DNA of 64,000 nucleotides from Selaginella moellendorffii (taxonomy: Eukaryota > Plantae > Lycopodiophyta), in contig NW_003314312.1 in NCBI RefSeq assembly GCF_000143415.4, positions 1,319,166 to 1,383,165 of the forward strand, given 5' to 3'. Each line of letters opens with the position of its first letter. The stretch's first letter is position 1. The notes under the pieces were generated by a model. The model was given only the letters and a program-made list of their open reading frames with translations. It did no database searches and had not been told where the DNA came from. Positions 24,640-38,660 of the stretch are shown here, piece by piece. A program made the translations under genes and the position numbers.

Positions 24640-27250
24640 GTAGGTTTAGCATGTTCTCAACCTCTAGCACTGGATTTACTTGTGTAACAATTGGCACCTC
24701 CTCCACTCAATATTCCTTAGTTCTTCTCCAGTGTCGTGGAACAGAATGGTAGTCAAGCTTTGGATGGTAAGAGCTAGAAGGAGTGATGTTGGGCCCATCA
24801 AATGTCTGTCAATGCTTCAAACGGGCTGTCTTCATGTCCTCAAGTGGTTTATAACTTGATTCCATAGGAGTTCTAGTAACAATTTCCCCCACCATCTTAG
24901 ATATTGACCCTGCTACTGGTGTTGTCCTTCTACCAACCCACTCTTGAAGCTTGTTTAAGTTTGGACCTGTCCCAGAAAACCTTGCTTCTTGTGCAGCCAA
25001 AGCTTTTGATGATTGCTCAAGAGATTTAGTGAAGTTGGAGAGTGTAGCTTCATAGGGGGACACTTTTCCTTTCCCTGCTTCGGAAGCTCTCCAACTCCAA
25101 TGTTTGCTCTTAGAGAGATTAATTGTTGGTGTAAGTGCAATGTCAAAAGTCAATGTAAGTGCAAGGTTGATCCTAGGAAAAATGCAACATTTGAATGTGA
25201 CAAAAAAAAAATGAGAGAAAACTTACATAGAGAATATAATGGCCCCATTGAAATATTCAAACTTCCCACCATACAAGCCAACACTCCATTTGTGGAAGGT
25301 GTTCAATTGGCACTTTGTCTCCTTTATGCCACCATATGCGCATCTCATTTGCTTTTGCCTCGTGCTCCTCTTTAATTGGTGCATCCATCCATTCCCGACA
25401 AAGCTGCTTGAACTCGTGATGGAAGCTAGACTTGATGCATCGGCAATATTCATTGACGCTCTTTGCCCAATGAAACTCACAAATCTTCTCTCTACCTTGT
25501 AATGGCTGACTTTTATCACCTCTAAATACTTGTCATACAGCCAACCAGTTAGCACCAACAGCATCTGCCATGAAACCATGGAAGTTGGGTTTCTTCCCGG
25601 TTCACTGTTCAACAACCTCGAACATACATGTCTAAAAGACGGTTTGTGCTTGGAAATCTTGAACCTTAAATTTTACTATAACTATAGTCAAGTTGCATAG
25701 CAACCTATAAAAGGAATGGTTATAATGTAAATCGGTATGGATCCTTAAAAAATGAATAACCACTTACTTGTGATCATAAACATAAGCTCCCATTGTTGAC
25801 CAGCCTGAAACTTGTTCCATATGGTCAAAATGGATCCAAGAATTAGCCAAGTCCCCGTCTCTGTCCATATCCATTCATTGTACAAGGTCCACACCAGAAG
25901 CAAGACCAAGGGTGGACATTTTAAAGATGAAAGGGCGTTGACTGTTCAAAGTCACTTGGCCAATGACCAAACTCCCATGAATAAATTCATAGGGACATTT
26001 TCTTTTTAACTCCAAAATTGCATCCAATCTAGATTGAAGCTTTCCATCTCGCCCTTCTCACATGCAGTTCTTTATTCTGTTAAAAAAAAGAGTGTTTCTA
26101 GTGATAAAGTAGAGTTAAGTATTAACTTATACTTGTTTAAATTTGTCATGGGTTCTATATTTTGAAGCAGGTCCTTCAAGTTGTTCTCCGTGAACTCTGT
26201 TTTGCCATCAGTTTGTAGCAACATATCCACCACATAGTCCTTTAGTATAGACTATTAAACACACTTTGGAGTTGCGGCACTTTTTTTCCTAACCTCTATA
26301 GTAACAGTAGCTTTCAAATTGCAAAAAGAATCAGGGCGGATTCCTTCCTCTATTGCATATTAGTGGTATCTAACATGCACTGCTGCTCTACCTAAACATC
26401 CATCACGTGGAAGAAAATAATACATTTTTGCATCACAACATGTTTGACAAACAGGTGTTGCCCTGCATTAGCGATATCTAAACCCTATAGCAACCTCATC
26501 ATGCCTAGGGGGATTGCTCGTTGAGCTTTCAAAGAAACATATATTCTTACCATGATCAGAAATGCATTTCTCAGTGACACATTGAAGCTGTCCACCACAA
26601 TGGATTATGGATACATATCTGTCGAAATAGGAGAAGTGGGTTGTCTTTACTCTGCACCAATTATGTGGATCAAGACGCATCTCCATGCCCCTCTTCCTAC
26701 TTGACAAACTGGCCGGTGGAAATTCAAAGAATATATTCCCATTATAGGAACACGAAAGCTCCTCACCTCTCATGTACTGGAACTCTTTCAATTCCAACCA
26801 TAATGATCGATATTGCCGAAATGCCTTATCCATCGCTTCAAAAACTGGTCCAAAAGGAACGCACCTACTTATATGGGAAGCTATGTCGGGAAGTTCATCT
26901 TCTTCACTTTCGTCACTGGAAAGAATAACAACTTCATCCTTCACTCCTTGCACAGTTGGTTGTGAAACTAACACACTCTCTTCTGCTCGCTTTGGAGATC
27001 CTGTAACTAGAATCTCTTGACCTGTACATCTATCAAGATCCCACTGAATCCCATTCTCTCCCACACCACTGTCGAGAAGAATGGACTTTTCTATTTGATT
27101 ACCCTTATCCCGATAACTAACTGATCCCGGCTTCAACTTGAATCTTTTGCAAAGGAAGCTCTCTCCTATAACATTCTTAGAGAAAACAATTGGAGATTCT
27201 TGATTGAACTTCAAGTAGAATTCTCTCATATCTTCTCCTTGCTCGAGCAC
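24640..27250 (-). mobile_element. degenerate Mutator-like transposase with a Cys/His-rich (GCM/WRKY-like) N-terminal region
   Basis: DPHNWCRVKTT...CGGQLQCVTEKC, then CRATPVCQTCCDAKMYY...RAAVHVRYH, then FKMSTLGLASGVDLVQ*MD...GDLANSWIHFDH read through stops. Confidence 0.5.
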
Positions 27251-27589
27251 TTAGAAAAAATTTGGGGAGAAACTAACAAGAAAGAACAAAGATATTCTTC
27301 TGTATTGCGAGCTTTAATTAGCTGTGTCCTTGCAAAGGACAAGTTAAATATTTTAACAAAATAGACAACTGTTTAGAATCTAGAGATATATGAGAGAATT
27401 TTGTTGGATAGTGATTCCTATATTTACCAAAAATCATGATCTTGGTGGTTCTTATACTATACTACTAATTTATCGGATGATAACTTACTTGGAATACTTT
27501 TGTGTTCTAATCTAAGATATATTCACTAATAATTAAGACTCTAAGATATCATTGTCTATGACTTTGATATTGTCCATCTATTGATCTTT

Positions 27590-28866
27590 GAGTTTGGGCC
27601 AGTATAGGCAGACTGGCTTCGGCACTTCGTGTGCATGTTGAAATCTCTAGTCATGGGGTAGCTACTGTCGACTGGTCACATAACCTGCCTCTCTGTCGAT
27701 GTTCCTTATTCCATTAAAAGGGCGTGACCATGTAAACAACTCTAACTGCCTGTTTACAGTAGTTTATCTAAACCTTATCAACGGGTTTGGTTTCTTTGCT
27801 AAGGAGGGTTGGGGCCTCTGGTTCCTCTCTCTATGTCTCTGCGGGCAGGGCATATCACACTTTTGTAAGCTAGATGACTCCCAAAGCAGCAAGGGTGGCT
27901 GACTCCGTTGGTCATTTCCTTGTCGGCGACGGCCGGAAGGTGTTTGAGCTGGTAGCGCATCCGCGTTAGACAAAGAGGTTGCCTCCTAACTCATTTAAGT
28001 TGATGCATTTCTCACATAGTGTGAGTACCGTGAACTTTTTCTGGAGTTGTTTCCTTGGCGGTATTCTAGACTCGAGTATGCATCGACGAGGACATCGATC
28101 TTCCCTAGGGGGGGAGAGTGTCGTGAATGTGACTTCGGGTATCGAAAGTTACCTGTCGGCTAGTCCTTACGGACACTCTTACCTTACTGCCACGATGGCA
28201 GGAGGTCGGTATTGCTAGACCCGTTATGGTGTTCGTCCCGTGTCCAAATTTGCAATCTAGCGCCATTCCATATTTAGTAAGTTTTGAGCTTGTCCCAAAG
28301 ACTAACTCCTGATACTAAGGGAGGCTTGGGGTGAAAGCCCAAAGTGTGTGTTCCTCAAGGGGGGGGGGGATATGGGGGGTTCCAAATGTATAGTAGGGAT
28401 AGTGGGTAGGTCGGGCATGGCCGACCAACCTGAGGCATAGTTTAGCTCCCGCTTGCGTGCCTGTCCTTGTTCTGCGTCCGGCTTGGGTCTAAGCCCAAGT
28501 TCCATTCCATGCTAGCTAGTGGATTACCCATGTCCTCGCGTTAGGCCACCGGTATGCCGAAATAGCGCTAGACTCCGTTTGGCTCCATTTTGCATGCTGG
28601 TCCTGACATTGGGATGCTGGTTACTCTAGGATTGTTCCAAGTCGCTCCGGGCTCCTGTCCCTTTGCTCCTTGGGCTTCATGCTTGGGAGTTTGGCACTGT
28701 TCCTTCGTTCAGTGGCCCAAGGCCCTAAACCTCGGGTTTTTATGGACACGTGGCATGTGACACGTGGCATCTGTCACGTGGCACAAAGAGGGTTTAGGTT
28801 CTGCTTCATGGTGTTATCCTATGGTAAATCACCATAGGATAAAGGGTCAAAACCACGTGCACTACA
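27590..28866 (+). mobile_element. 3' end of a family B element: 3' UTR, PPT (28107-28118) and 3' LTR (28119-28866)
   Basis: agggggggagag followed by tgtcgtgaatgtgacttcgggtatc; UTR is the reverse complement of ~29640-30150. Confidence 0.8.
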
Positions 28867-29631
28867 CTATATATCTGTATTGAACCATCTTTCTTCACAA
28901 GCAAGACTAGGGCACCAAACCAAGACTTTAGCTAAATAAATCCAAATTTAAATAACTCCTTTGACTTGTCGTTAAACTTCTCGCGCCTCTATATAGCATT
29001 AGAAAAGTCCTTGAGTATCCAAAATGGCTACCTCTCCCTCACACATGCCTTAGTGCCTTAAGTCACGAACAAATAGTAAGTAACTTGAAAGTGTTTTTCC
29101 ATTATGACTAACCCACTTCAAAAATGTAGTGGAGGCATAACAATTGGAGGCTAAACAACCCTTTCTAAACCATATATCTTTGATGCCATCATACTTTAAC
29201 AAGATATATTTAATATTTCATTTTATCTCTGGTTCCATCTTTGCCAACTATAGCATCCCAAGAATGAAATCCATATTATAGATATGCTAAATAAAAAGTT
29301 TTAATATATATGATTTTGCCAACTAACACTTCCATCCCCTTTACACAAATATCAAAATGTTAAATAGGGGTAATTGCACCTTCCACCATATATGGGAAAA
29401 ACTCTTTATATCACCAGGCCATACTTCTGAATAAACTTTGCCGAAACAAAATTATCATCACTCCCACTATCCAATAAAATCTACATTAGACATACAAAAC
29501 ACACCCTCTAGCATTAATACTAATGCATGAGTGCCCTTGAGCTCCATCTTATTCAACACACAATTGAGTTAACAAGTAACAATTGAAAGCCTCTTCCTCC
29601 AATCATAATAGTCTTTGTTGTCATCCTCATG

Positions 29632-32600
29632 CTCTCTCCCCCCCTTGGGGAAGATCGACATCCTCGTTGATGCATACCCGAGTCTAGCAAACTATCAAGG
29701 AAACAACTCCGAAAGTTAACGGAAAGCACACTATGTGGGAAACACACTGACTTAAATGAGTTATGGAACAACCTCTCTTCTAAGTCCAAAGACATTAAGA
29801 CTTAAACACCCTCCGGCCGTCACCGACAAGGAAATGACTAACAGAGTTAGCCACCCTTGCTGCTCCGAGTACCACTCGGCTTACAAAGGAATGATACATC
29901 TCTGCCTGCAAGGATATAGGGAGAAGGCCAAAGGCCCAACTGCCCCTGAGCAAGAAATCAACCCCGTTGGGAAGATTTAGACAACTATTATAAACTGGCA
30001 GATTAAGTTGTTTACATGACTACGCCCCTTTGCAAAAGTGAGTCATCGAGAGAGAGGCGGGGACTTGTGATCAGTCTATAATAGTTACCCCCTTGGTTAT
30101 GGATTGAACCTATGCACCGAAGTGCCGAAGTCAGTCTGCTAAAACTAACCCAAGTACGAACGAAGGATAGAAACGACACTTTGATTTATAGAAATATAGT
30201 ATTTTATTAATTTGCAAGATTTATTACAAGATTTACAAAAGCTAGTTTTTATTACTATTCTCATACTCCATGACAAGCTCACGGGCATGTGTAAGATTAC
30301 TAAAAGGCTCCCAAGTTGATTCACAAGTTGGGTAACCTTTCCACTTAACTAGATATTCCTTCAACACGAGCCTGTCTCCGGAACCGGGAATCCAAGATAG
30401 TTTCCACTTTGTATTCAGGTTCACCATCCACAACGTCTGGTGGCGGATGAATCTCCTCTTGACATGCAACATCCATAGTGTAAGGAGCCAATAGATTGGC
30501 ATGAAATACATTATGAACATTGGACATCTCTGCAGGCAGATCCAACCAATAGGATACATCACCAATGCATTTTAGCACCCGATAGGGTCCAACATATCTC
30601 GGCAAGAGCTTTCGAGAAAAAGAACCCTTAATGTTCAAGTTTCGGGAAGATAGCCACACCTGATCTCCCACTTGATAGGATACATCCCGACGATGCTGAT
30701 CCTTATCACGTCGATACCTATCCTGAGCTTTGCCCATCACCTCAGTAGCTCTAGACCAACCTTGGCATAGCTGCTCCGCATAAGTTTCAACGGCTGGGAC
30801 CAACACTTCAGTTATTGGTTTCGGTACAACAATCTGTTGAGGAACCCTAGAAGCATTTCCTTGCAGCATCTCCCATGGAGAATAGCCTATAGCGCTGTGA
30901 AATGTGTTGTTATAACATATTTCTGCTGTATCCAAATGCTCAACCCAGTCGCGTTGGTCCGCCGCGACATAGTACCGCAGATAATCCTCAACTTGAGCAT
31001 TCACGCGTTCAGTCTGCCCATCAGTCTGAGGATGATAAGCCATACTAAACTTTAATTTGGTACCAAACAACTGGAACAGTGTGCCCCAAAACTTCCCTGT
31101 AAACCTCGAATCCCTATCCGAGATCATCTCTTTAGGAAGACCACGAACCCGCACTACTTCATGGAAAAAGAGCTTTTCTACTTGTTTCGCATTCACTATT
31201 CCCACAGTTGGAATGAAGTGTGCAATCTTCGACAACCGATCCACAACCACCATCAAAGTATCATAACCCTTAGACTTCGGCAAGCAAGTGACGAAATCAA
31301 GTGTCACACTCTGAAATGGCCATGCCGGTGCTGGAATGCATTGCAACTTTCCAGCCTGCTTCTCAGCTTTGCGCTTACATTGCTAGCATATAGGGCAGGA
31401 ACAGACATAGTCCGCTATATCACCTTCCATACCAGACCAGAAAAATCCCTTTTTAAACAAAGCTAGAGTCTTTTGCTGTCCACCATGTCCCACTGCTGGA
31501 ACATCATGATGTTCCCGCAAAAATAACTGCTACAGATCCTTAGAGGGAAGATACAATCTTTCTTGCTTATAGAATATAAGCCCATCCCGAACTGAGAAGT
31601 GAAGCTTCGCATTAGTGTGACTAGCAACTTTTGCTGCTTCGCTACCAGGGCTTTGCTTCAACAACCCCGTACGGCATAAGATTGCCTTCGCCAATGGATC
31701 ACTTCCATATGAAACCTGAACGTCCTCCAACCAATCCGAACTAATTGCCGATATTGCCCGGAATTGAGCCTGACGACTCAACGCATCCGGAACAATATTG
31801 TCTTTACCAGGTTTATATATAATTTCAATATCATATCTAACAAGCTTCTCTTGCCAACGAGCTTGCTTCGGCGTAAGCTTAGGCTACGTAGCTCAGTGTG
31901 TTACTATCTGTATAAACCTTGGGTGTCTCCAGTGTTCCAAAGCCGACACTATAGCAAACATTTCTTTCTCATGCGTTGGCCATCTTCGTTGGGTTTCATC
32001 CAATTTCTTGGAATAGAATGCAACGGGACAACCATGTCGCCTTAGCGTAACACCAACCAATTTGTCACAATCTTCCTGTAACACAGCACCAATAGCATAT
32101 CCAAACGCATCACAATGCACCTCGAAGGTTTATCAAGATCTGGAATCTTGAGAACAGGAACCGTAGTCAAGATCTCCTTCAACCGTACAAAAGCACGCTA
32201 GCAAGCTGGTGTCCAATGAAACGGAATACTACTCTTCGTCAACTCAGTTAACGGAAGAGCAATCCTTGCAAAATTGCGGACAAACTTGCGATAGTATCCT
32301 GCCAAACCGTGAAAGGATCGAACATCTGATACAGTGGTCAGGACTTCCCAAGACTTCACCGCTTCCACCTTCTTTGGATCGACCTCAATCACGCCACCAC
32401 CAACTATATGTCCGAGAAAGTTTACATGCAATTGACCAAAAGCGCATTTACTTTCCTCAGCATACAATTTGTGTTCGCGCAACTTCTGAAACACCAACTC
32501 CAAGTGTTTCAAATGATCCTCCAACGTTTCGCTGAAGACTAGAACATCGTTGATATATAGGACAACAAATGTGTCCAAATAATCTCCGAATATTCTATCC

Positions 32601-33783
32601 ATCATAGTGCTGAACGTTGCCGGAGCATTGCATAACCCGAACGGCATGACAAGGAACTCATAAGATCTGTACCGAGTCTTAAAGGCTGTCTTCTCCACAT
32701 CCTAATCCACCACCCGTATCTGATGATACCCAGACTGCAAATCAAGTCGCGTAAAATACTTAGCCTTTAAGAGTTGGTCAAACAAGTCATCAATGCGAGG
32801 CAAAGGATAACTGTTCTTGAACATGATCTTATTGAGTGCCCAATAGTCAATACACATCCTCATGGTTCCATCCTTTTTCATAACAAAAAGGACTAGCGCT
32901 CCATAAGGTGACTTGCTTGGTCGGATATGACCTTTGTCAAGAAGCTCCGTGAGTTGCTTCTTGAGTTCAGCCATCACCTTGATGTTCAACCGGTATGGAG
33001 CTTTCGTAGGTGGTTTAGAACCCAGAATAATCTCAATTTGATGATCAACCTCATGGCTAGGAGGTAGCCCTGGTGGCAAATCCTTCGGAAAGATATCCTG
33101 GTTCCCCGCCAACAACTCCAATATCCTCTTTGGTACAGGATCAACCCCGTCCCCAATTCGAATTGAGTCATTAACACCCTCAGCTTCCATCACTTGAACC
33201 CAAAAGGTCCGACATCCCCTCTTAGCTGCTTTTTGAGCGGCCTTCGTAGTCAGGAACTTTGCATCCCAATCCTTTGAGGAACGCTTTTGCAACTGAAAGG
33301 ATACATCAAGACGTCGTTCTGACTTCAACGTGATACGACTTTGTCCAGCACCATAAATCCCTTTTATATAATTGTTGAAGAAGTCCATACCAAACACCAT
33401 CTGAAAATCTGGTATCTTCAACACTACCAAGTCCACTCTTTCTTTCCACTTGGATATCTTTATTGGAAAATCACTCACAAACTTTCTGGCTACTTGCCCA
33501 CCTCTCGCAAACCGGAAGTGCATAGGCGACATTTGCTCAGCATTCAATCCTAACAACTTAACTAAGTCTTCAGATATCATATTGTGCGTAGCTCCCATGT
33601 CAATCATCACTTGGATTCGGTGTCCACGGACAAAGCCTACCAGATACATCAACGGATCAGTGTTTGCATTGACTGCAAGAAAAGCTTGAGGAAAGCAACG
33701 AAAGTTACTTACCTCTTCTTCCTCATAGTCTGTATTGACCAACTCGTCAACCCCTTCAGCTTCACCACCACCGTCTTCCCTTA
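29632..33783 (-). mobile_element. gypsy family B pol (protease, RT, RNase H, integrase, chromodomain) plus 3' UTR and PPT; 3' LTR missing
   Basis: [52 protein letters not shown], chromodomain EYKVETILD...YLVKWKGYPTCESTWEP; stops and frameshifts. Confidence 0.92.
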
Positions 33784-36322
33784 ACTAGAGTCTCGCTCAA
33801 CAATCGTTTCAACACCACAAAACTCTCCTCTTGTGGCTTCTTCCACTCGAATGGCACATTCTTGCATAACAACCGCGTCAAAGGAATAGCCACCTCCGCA
33901 AACTTATGCTGGAAACGTCGATAGTACCAAGAAAACTGCACAACTCGGCCACTGTAGTCAGTGTAAGCCAATTTTCCACTACAGCCACCTTCCTTAGATC
34001 CGTCTTGACACCCTTAGATATCACAATATGGCCGAGATATTCCACCTCTGACTTTGCAAATTCACATTTGCTCTTCTTCGCATAAAGTTTTTTGTCTCGA
34101 AGTAACAAAAGAACCTTGTGCAAATGAACCCTATGCTCCTCCATATTCTTGCTAAAAACAAGAATATCATCCAAGAAAATCTCCACAAACTCATGAAGAT
34201 AATGCCCAAATACCTCCGTCATCAACCGAGTAAATGTGGCCAGTGCATTCATCAAACCAAACAGCATAACTGTAAACTCAAAATGTCTAAAGCTTGTGTT
34301 GAATGCCGTCTTAGAGATAAATGCATCATCCATTGCAATCTGATAATATCCACTCCTCAAATCAATCTTGGTAAACACTCATGCTTCACCAAGCTTGTCC
34401 AGGATATCATCCACATGTGGCATCGGCATCTTGTCCGTCACTATCTTCTTGTTTAAAGCGTAGTAATCAATACACATCTGCATTGAACCGTCCTTCTTCT
34501 TCACAAGCAAGACTAGAGCACTAAACGGAGACTTACTTGGCTGAATAAATCCAAACTCAAGAAACTCCTTGACTTGTCGTTGAACTTCTTGCTCCTCTGC
34601 ATAACTTAACCGAAATGAACGCCAGTAAATTGGCCGCGTCCCTGGCTCCAATGTAATCCTATGCTCCACACCTCGTAATGGAGGCAATCCATGAGGAAGT
34701 TCAGATGGAAAAACATCAAAAAACTCGTCAAGTACATCCCATACTGCTACTTCTCCCCCACATGTGCCTGGATCCCCCAAGTCAGCAAGTAACTCGAAAG
34801 TGCTTTTCTATTACAACAAGCCCGCTTCAAAGATGTAGCAGAGAGCATAACAACTGGTGGTTGAACACCCTCGCCAAAGCACACATTTTTAACGCCACCA
34901 TACTCCAACGAGATACGCTTAATACTCCACTTTATCTCGGGATCCACCTTCACCAACCATGGCATCCCAAGAATGAGATCCATACGATGAATATCCGCGA
35001 GATAAAAAGTCTCCACAAGTGTGGTTTTGCAAACCAACACTTTCAGCCCCTCGACACAAGCATCGAAATGCTGAGTAGAGGTAGCTGCACCCACTATTTA
35101 GTAAAATCCGCACTGGATCGCCATGGAACACGCCCTCCAGCATTAAAGCTGATTCACGTGTATCCTCAAGCTCCATCTTGTTCCACATACAGTTGAGCTG
35201 ACGAGCAACGATCGAAAGTCGCTTCCTCCGACCGGAATGGTTGTTCTCCTCATCCTCACGCTGCAAAGGTTGCAACTTTTTAGTATCTGACTTACTGTGA
35301 GTAGAAGATTGGCCATTCTTCTTGTTCTATTGCTTGTTCTTCAACTATGGACAATCAGCCTTATAGTGTCCAAGTTCGCCACAATGATGACAACCCTGTT
35401 TATAATTCTTCACAAAGAACTTCTGCTTCTTGGACCCCTTTGCATCTGAAGTAATCACCACCGACTTCAACTTGTGATGCTTGTTCCCATCCTTGTGTCC
35501 ACGGCGATCATCACGACGATTCTTGACAAAAGGACTCCGTGAACGCTTGCGAGACTTGTGCTTGTCATTGTCAAGTCGACGAGCTACATCAAAGAGCTCC
35601 TCTAAACTCTTTGTAGGTTGAGAATGATGCAAGTGTTGCCGCATGCTCTCACTATGTAGGCCATCAATGAAGTAGGATTTGTTTTGATCTAGATCCTTCG
35701 TTGGAACACGACTAATCAAGCAAGTAAGCTTCTCAATATAGTCCCCGAGCGTCATTTTCCCTTCCTGGAAATGTCAAAGTTCTGTACAAGCATTCTCCAT
35801 GTCGTAATGAGGGGCAAAACGTAAACAGAAAGCAGCCTCAAACTCATCCATGGTAGACACTAGTGGTTTCTTATCCGCAACACTGGACTCCTCAAGCCAA
35901 TTCCACCATCGAAGACCCGCATCATGCAAAACCATCGGAATAGCCACTAAAGCCTCTGCATCTAGAGTAACTCTAGCAGCCGAGAACTTCTTCACATTGG
36001 CTAGCCAAGCAAGACACTCATCCACACCACCATCACCGGAAAAAGTTGGAATCTTGAGTCGATCTACCAAAGAAGGCTTACTTGGAGCGCTACCCCGTCC
36101 AGCCTCAAGTGCCTCAACACGCCCACGCATGGTATCCATCATGCCATGCATCTCGTCTTGCATCTCTTGCTGATTTCGATTAAGGGCTCGCAGCTCATGA
36201 ACCACATCTTGAATTATCCAAATCTCCGCAACTTCGTCGGCACCATCGTCGGCACCACCATCGACAATAGGATTCTAGCGTTCAGCTTGGTCGGCCATCG
36301 CAACCAACTCCTTTGATACCAA
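33784..36322 (-). mobile_element. gypsy family A 5' half: PBS, gag (CHHCGELGHYKADC), protease, RT
   Basis: TGGTATCAAAG PBS on the minus strand at ~36311-36321; KIDLRSGYYQ, FLDDILV; stops. Confidence 0.9.
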
Positions 36323-36556
36323 TGTTATGATCCAGCGCAAAAAGACAGAGATCTAGTCGCCCTAGACTATGCTACACCACCTCTTGAGGTTCCTCACCAC
36401 CCAACCACCCTCGAGCTACCTCAAAAGCTCCACTACGCCGCCGCTCCACTGTGAGCCCCCAGGGTAGGTTAAGTCCCTTACCCTAACATGCCTTAATATA
36501 CCCTTGAGCCTCCCTTTGACCGATGTTGACCACGTAGTCAGAGCTGGTGCCTAACA
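36323..36556 (-). repeat. 5' LTR of gypsy family A (234 bp), flanked by TSD ATGAT on the minus strand
   Basis: Reverse complement of 22863-23096 with about 15 substitutions counted by eye; atcat at 36557-36561. Confidence 0.9.
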
Positions 36557-36861
36557 ATCATGTTGTGATATTGAGGGACTAAACTCAATATGCAAGGGTT
36601 CCTACTAAGCCAATGCAAGATAGAGCAAAAAAGAACTAAAAGCTAAGCCAAGAATGCTTAGCAAAAAAAATATAGAAGTTCCTACCTTATATTCATTTGG
36701 TTGAGTACAGATGCTAAACCTAGTTTACTAACACTTGGACAAGAGGGGCTATTGAAAGGAACTAATAGTACTAATCTTTTGCCGTCATAGTAGTAAAAAG
36801 AGACTGCTCGTAAGAACTACCTAACAAGTATCTTCCAATACCTGAAATCATATTTGCAACA
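36557..36861 (-). repeat. 5' part of a family B LTR (the other half of 23097-23789)
   Basis: Reverse complement matches 17968-18263 (gtccctcaatatcac; tgt-gc-aat-tga-ttc-ggtat). Confidence 0.75.
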
Positions 36862-36899
36862 AATTTTAAAAGCTTTCCTTTAAATTGAGTCAATTTCAA

Positions 36900-38660
36900 A
36901 AGTTGATCTCTATTTAATACTCAAAGAAGTACCTAGGCAAGAAAATCTTAGACTAGATATCGATTCAGCTCTAAGAGATTTCTCTCTAAAAGAGGATCCT
37001 ACCTATAAAATTGATCAATAAAGAAATTATGTTTCACATGTTTCCTGTGATTAACCATTTGAGTAAATTAATTTAGCATATAAGAATAATCCATATATTG
37101 TGACAGTTGCTTAAGGATTGCAAAATGAATTTCGCAATCAGACAATAAACCTACTAAAATATTATAAGGACATTTTAGCCTGGTCTTACACATATTTAAA
37201 AAGCATCCCACTAAAACTCTATACATATCATATTGAAATATTCTTGGAAAATATGCCTAAAAGGCAGATACTCTATAGAATAATCCTAATTACTAAGGTA
37301 AAGCCAAGGAGAAAATCGATAAACTTCTTTAGATAGGATCCAGAATGCTCAATGGTTTTCACCATTTGTAATTGTGCCTAAGAAAAATGGCAAATTATGA
37401 GTTTATGTGAATTATAAAAAGCTAAATGATGCAAAAAAAAAGGATATGTTCCCTATTCCTTTCATAAATAAAATTTTGGATTTAGTTGCAAGTCATGAGA
37501 TATATTCATTTTTAAATGGATTCTTTAATTATAACTAAGTGGAAGTAGCACCTAAAGATCAACATAAAATAACTTTTATAAACCCATAGAGAACTTATAC
37601 CTATTGCAAAATATTTTTTGGCCTATGTAATACTCCTTTTACATTTCAAAGAGTTGTTATAGATACTTTCAAAGAATATTTTATATATTTTATGAGAGTT
37701 TTCATAAATTATTTAAGTGTCTTCAACTAAAAAAAGGAACATTTAATTTGCTTGCAAAAATGTTTCCAAAAATGCAAACAATATAGCATTTCTCTTTATC
37801 CAAATAAATGTACTCTCTTTGTAGCATACTTATAAATTATATTATATGCAAGGAAGGCATCCTTATAAACAAAGACAAAACTCAAGTGATTGAGACAATG
37901 TTTTCACCACACAACTTTAAAAAATTTCGTTGCTTTTTAGATAAAGTTGGTTATTATAATTTATAAAAGCTTATACAAAAATTGCTAAACCACTTACTGA
38001 TATTTTAAAGAAAGATACTCTATTTATATAAAACAAAAATTGTCAAGAAGCATTTTCAAGGTTTAAACAATGCCTTAAAAAGGCATCTATACTTATTAAG
38101 CCTAATTGGACAAAACAGTTTCACCTACAGATGGATATTTTTTATATTGCCATAAATGCAATATTGTCCTAGACACAAAGTGATTAAATATATTATCTTA
38201 TCTACTATACTAGTAAACATTTAAATCCTTCTGAGCATAACTATATAATGACTAAAAAAGAAGCCTTGGGCCTAGTTTATGCATTAAAAAAATTTAAACA
38301 TTATCTTTTAGCAACAAAAGTAGTTATCTTTGCTGGCCATGAGGCTCTTTTATATCTTATTAACAAGTTATGCATATTCGCTCAACTAACTAAATGGTTT
38401 TACTATTACAAAAATATAATCTTGAAATAATACATAGATCTACAAAACTTTTATGAATAAGATGATTGCCTAAGCCATATCACTATAGGAGAGTCACCTA
38501 ATACTAAAATAGATAAACTCTCAGATGCTTACTTATTTATAATTTCTATGCCTACCACTCAATTGGAAGATATATAAATTTATCTTTTTACATGCACTAC
38601 TATCTCACCATACTTTGTCAAAGAAAAAGAAGTTGTTTGTCTTAAGCATACGACTTTACT
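36900..38660 (+). mobile_element. highly degraded, AT-rich Ty3/gypsy RT-RNase H of a third family
   Basis: WFSPFVIVPKKNGKL, KLNDA..KD.FPIPFI, APKDQHKITF, MTKKEALGLVYALKKFKHYLL. Confidence 0.7.

Noticed and set aside
27590-30150. Large inverted repeat suggesting a TIR element or hairpin RNA locus
   Set aside because: Two diverged family B 3' UTRs in opposite orientation, each ending at a PPT
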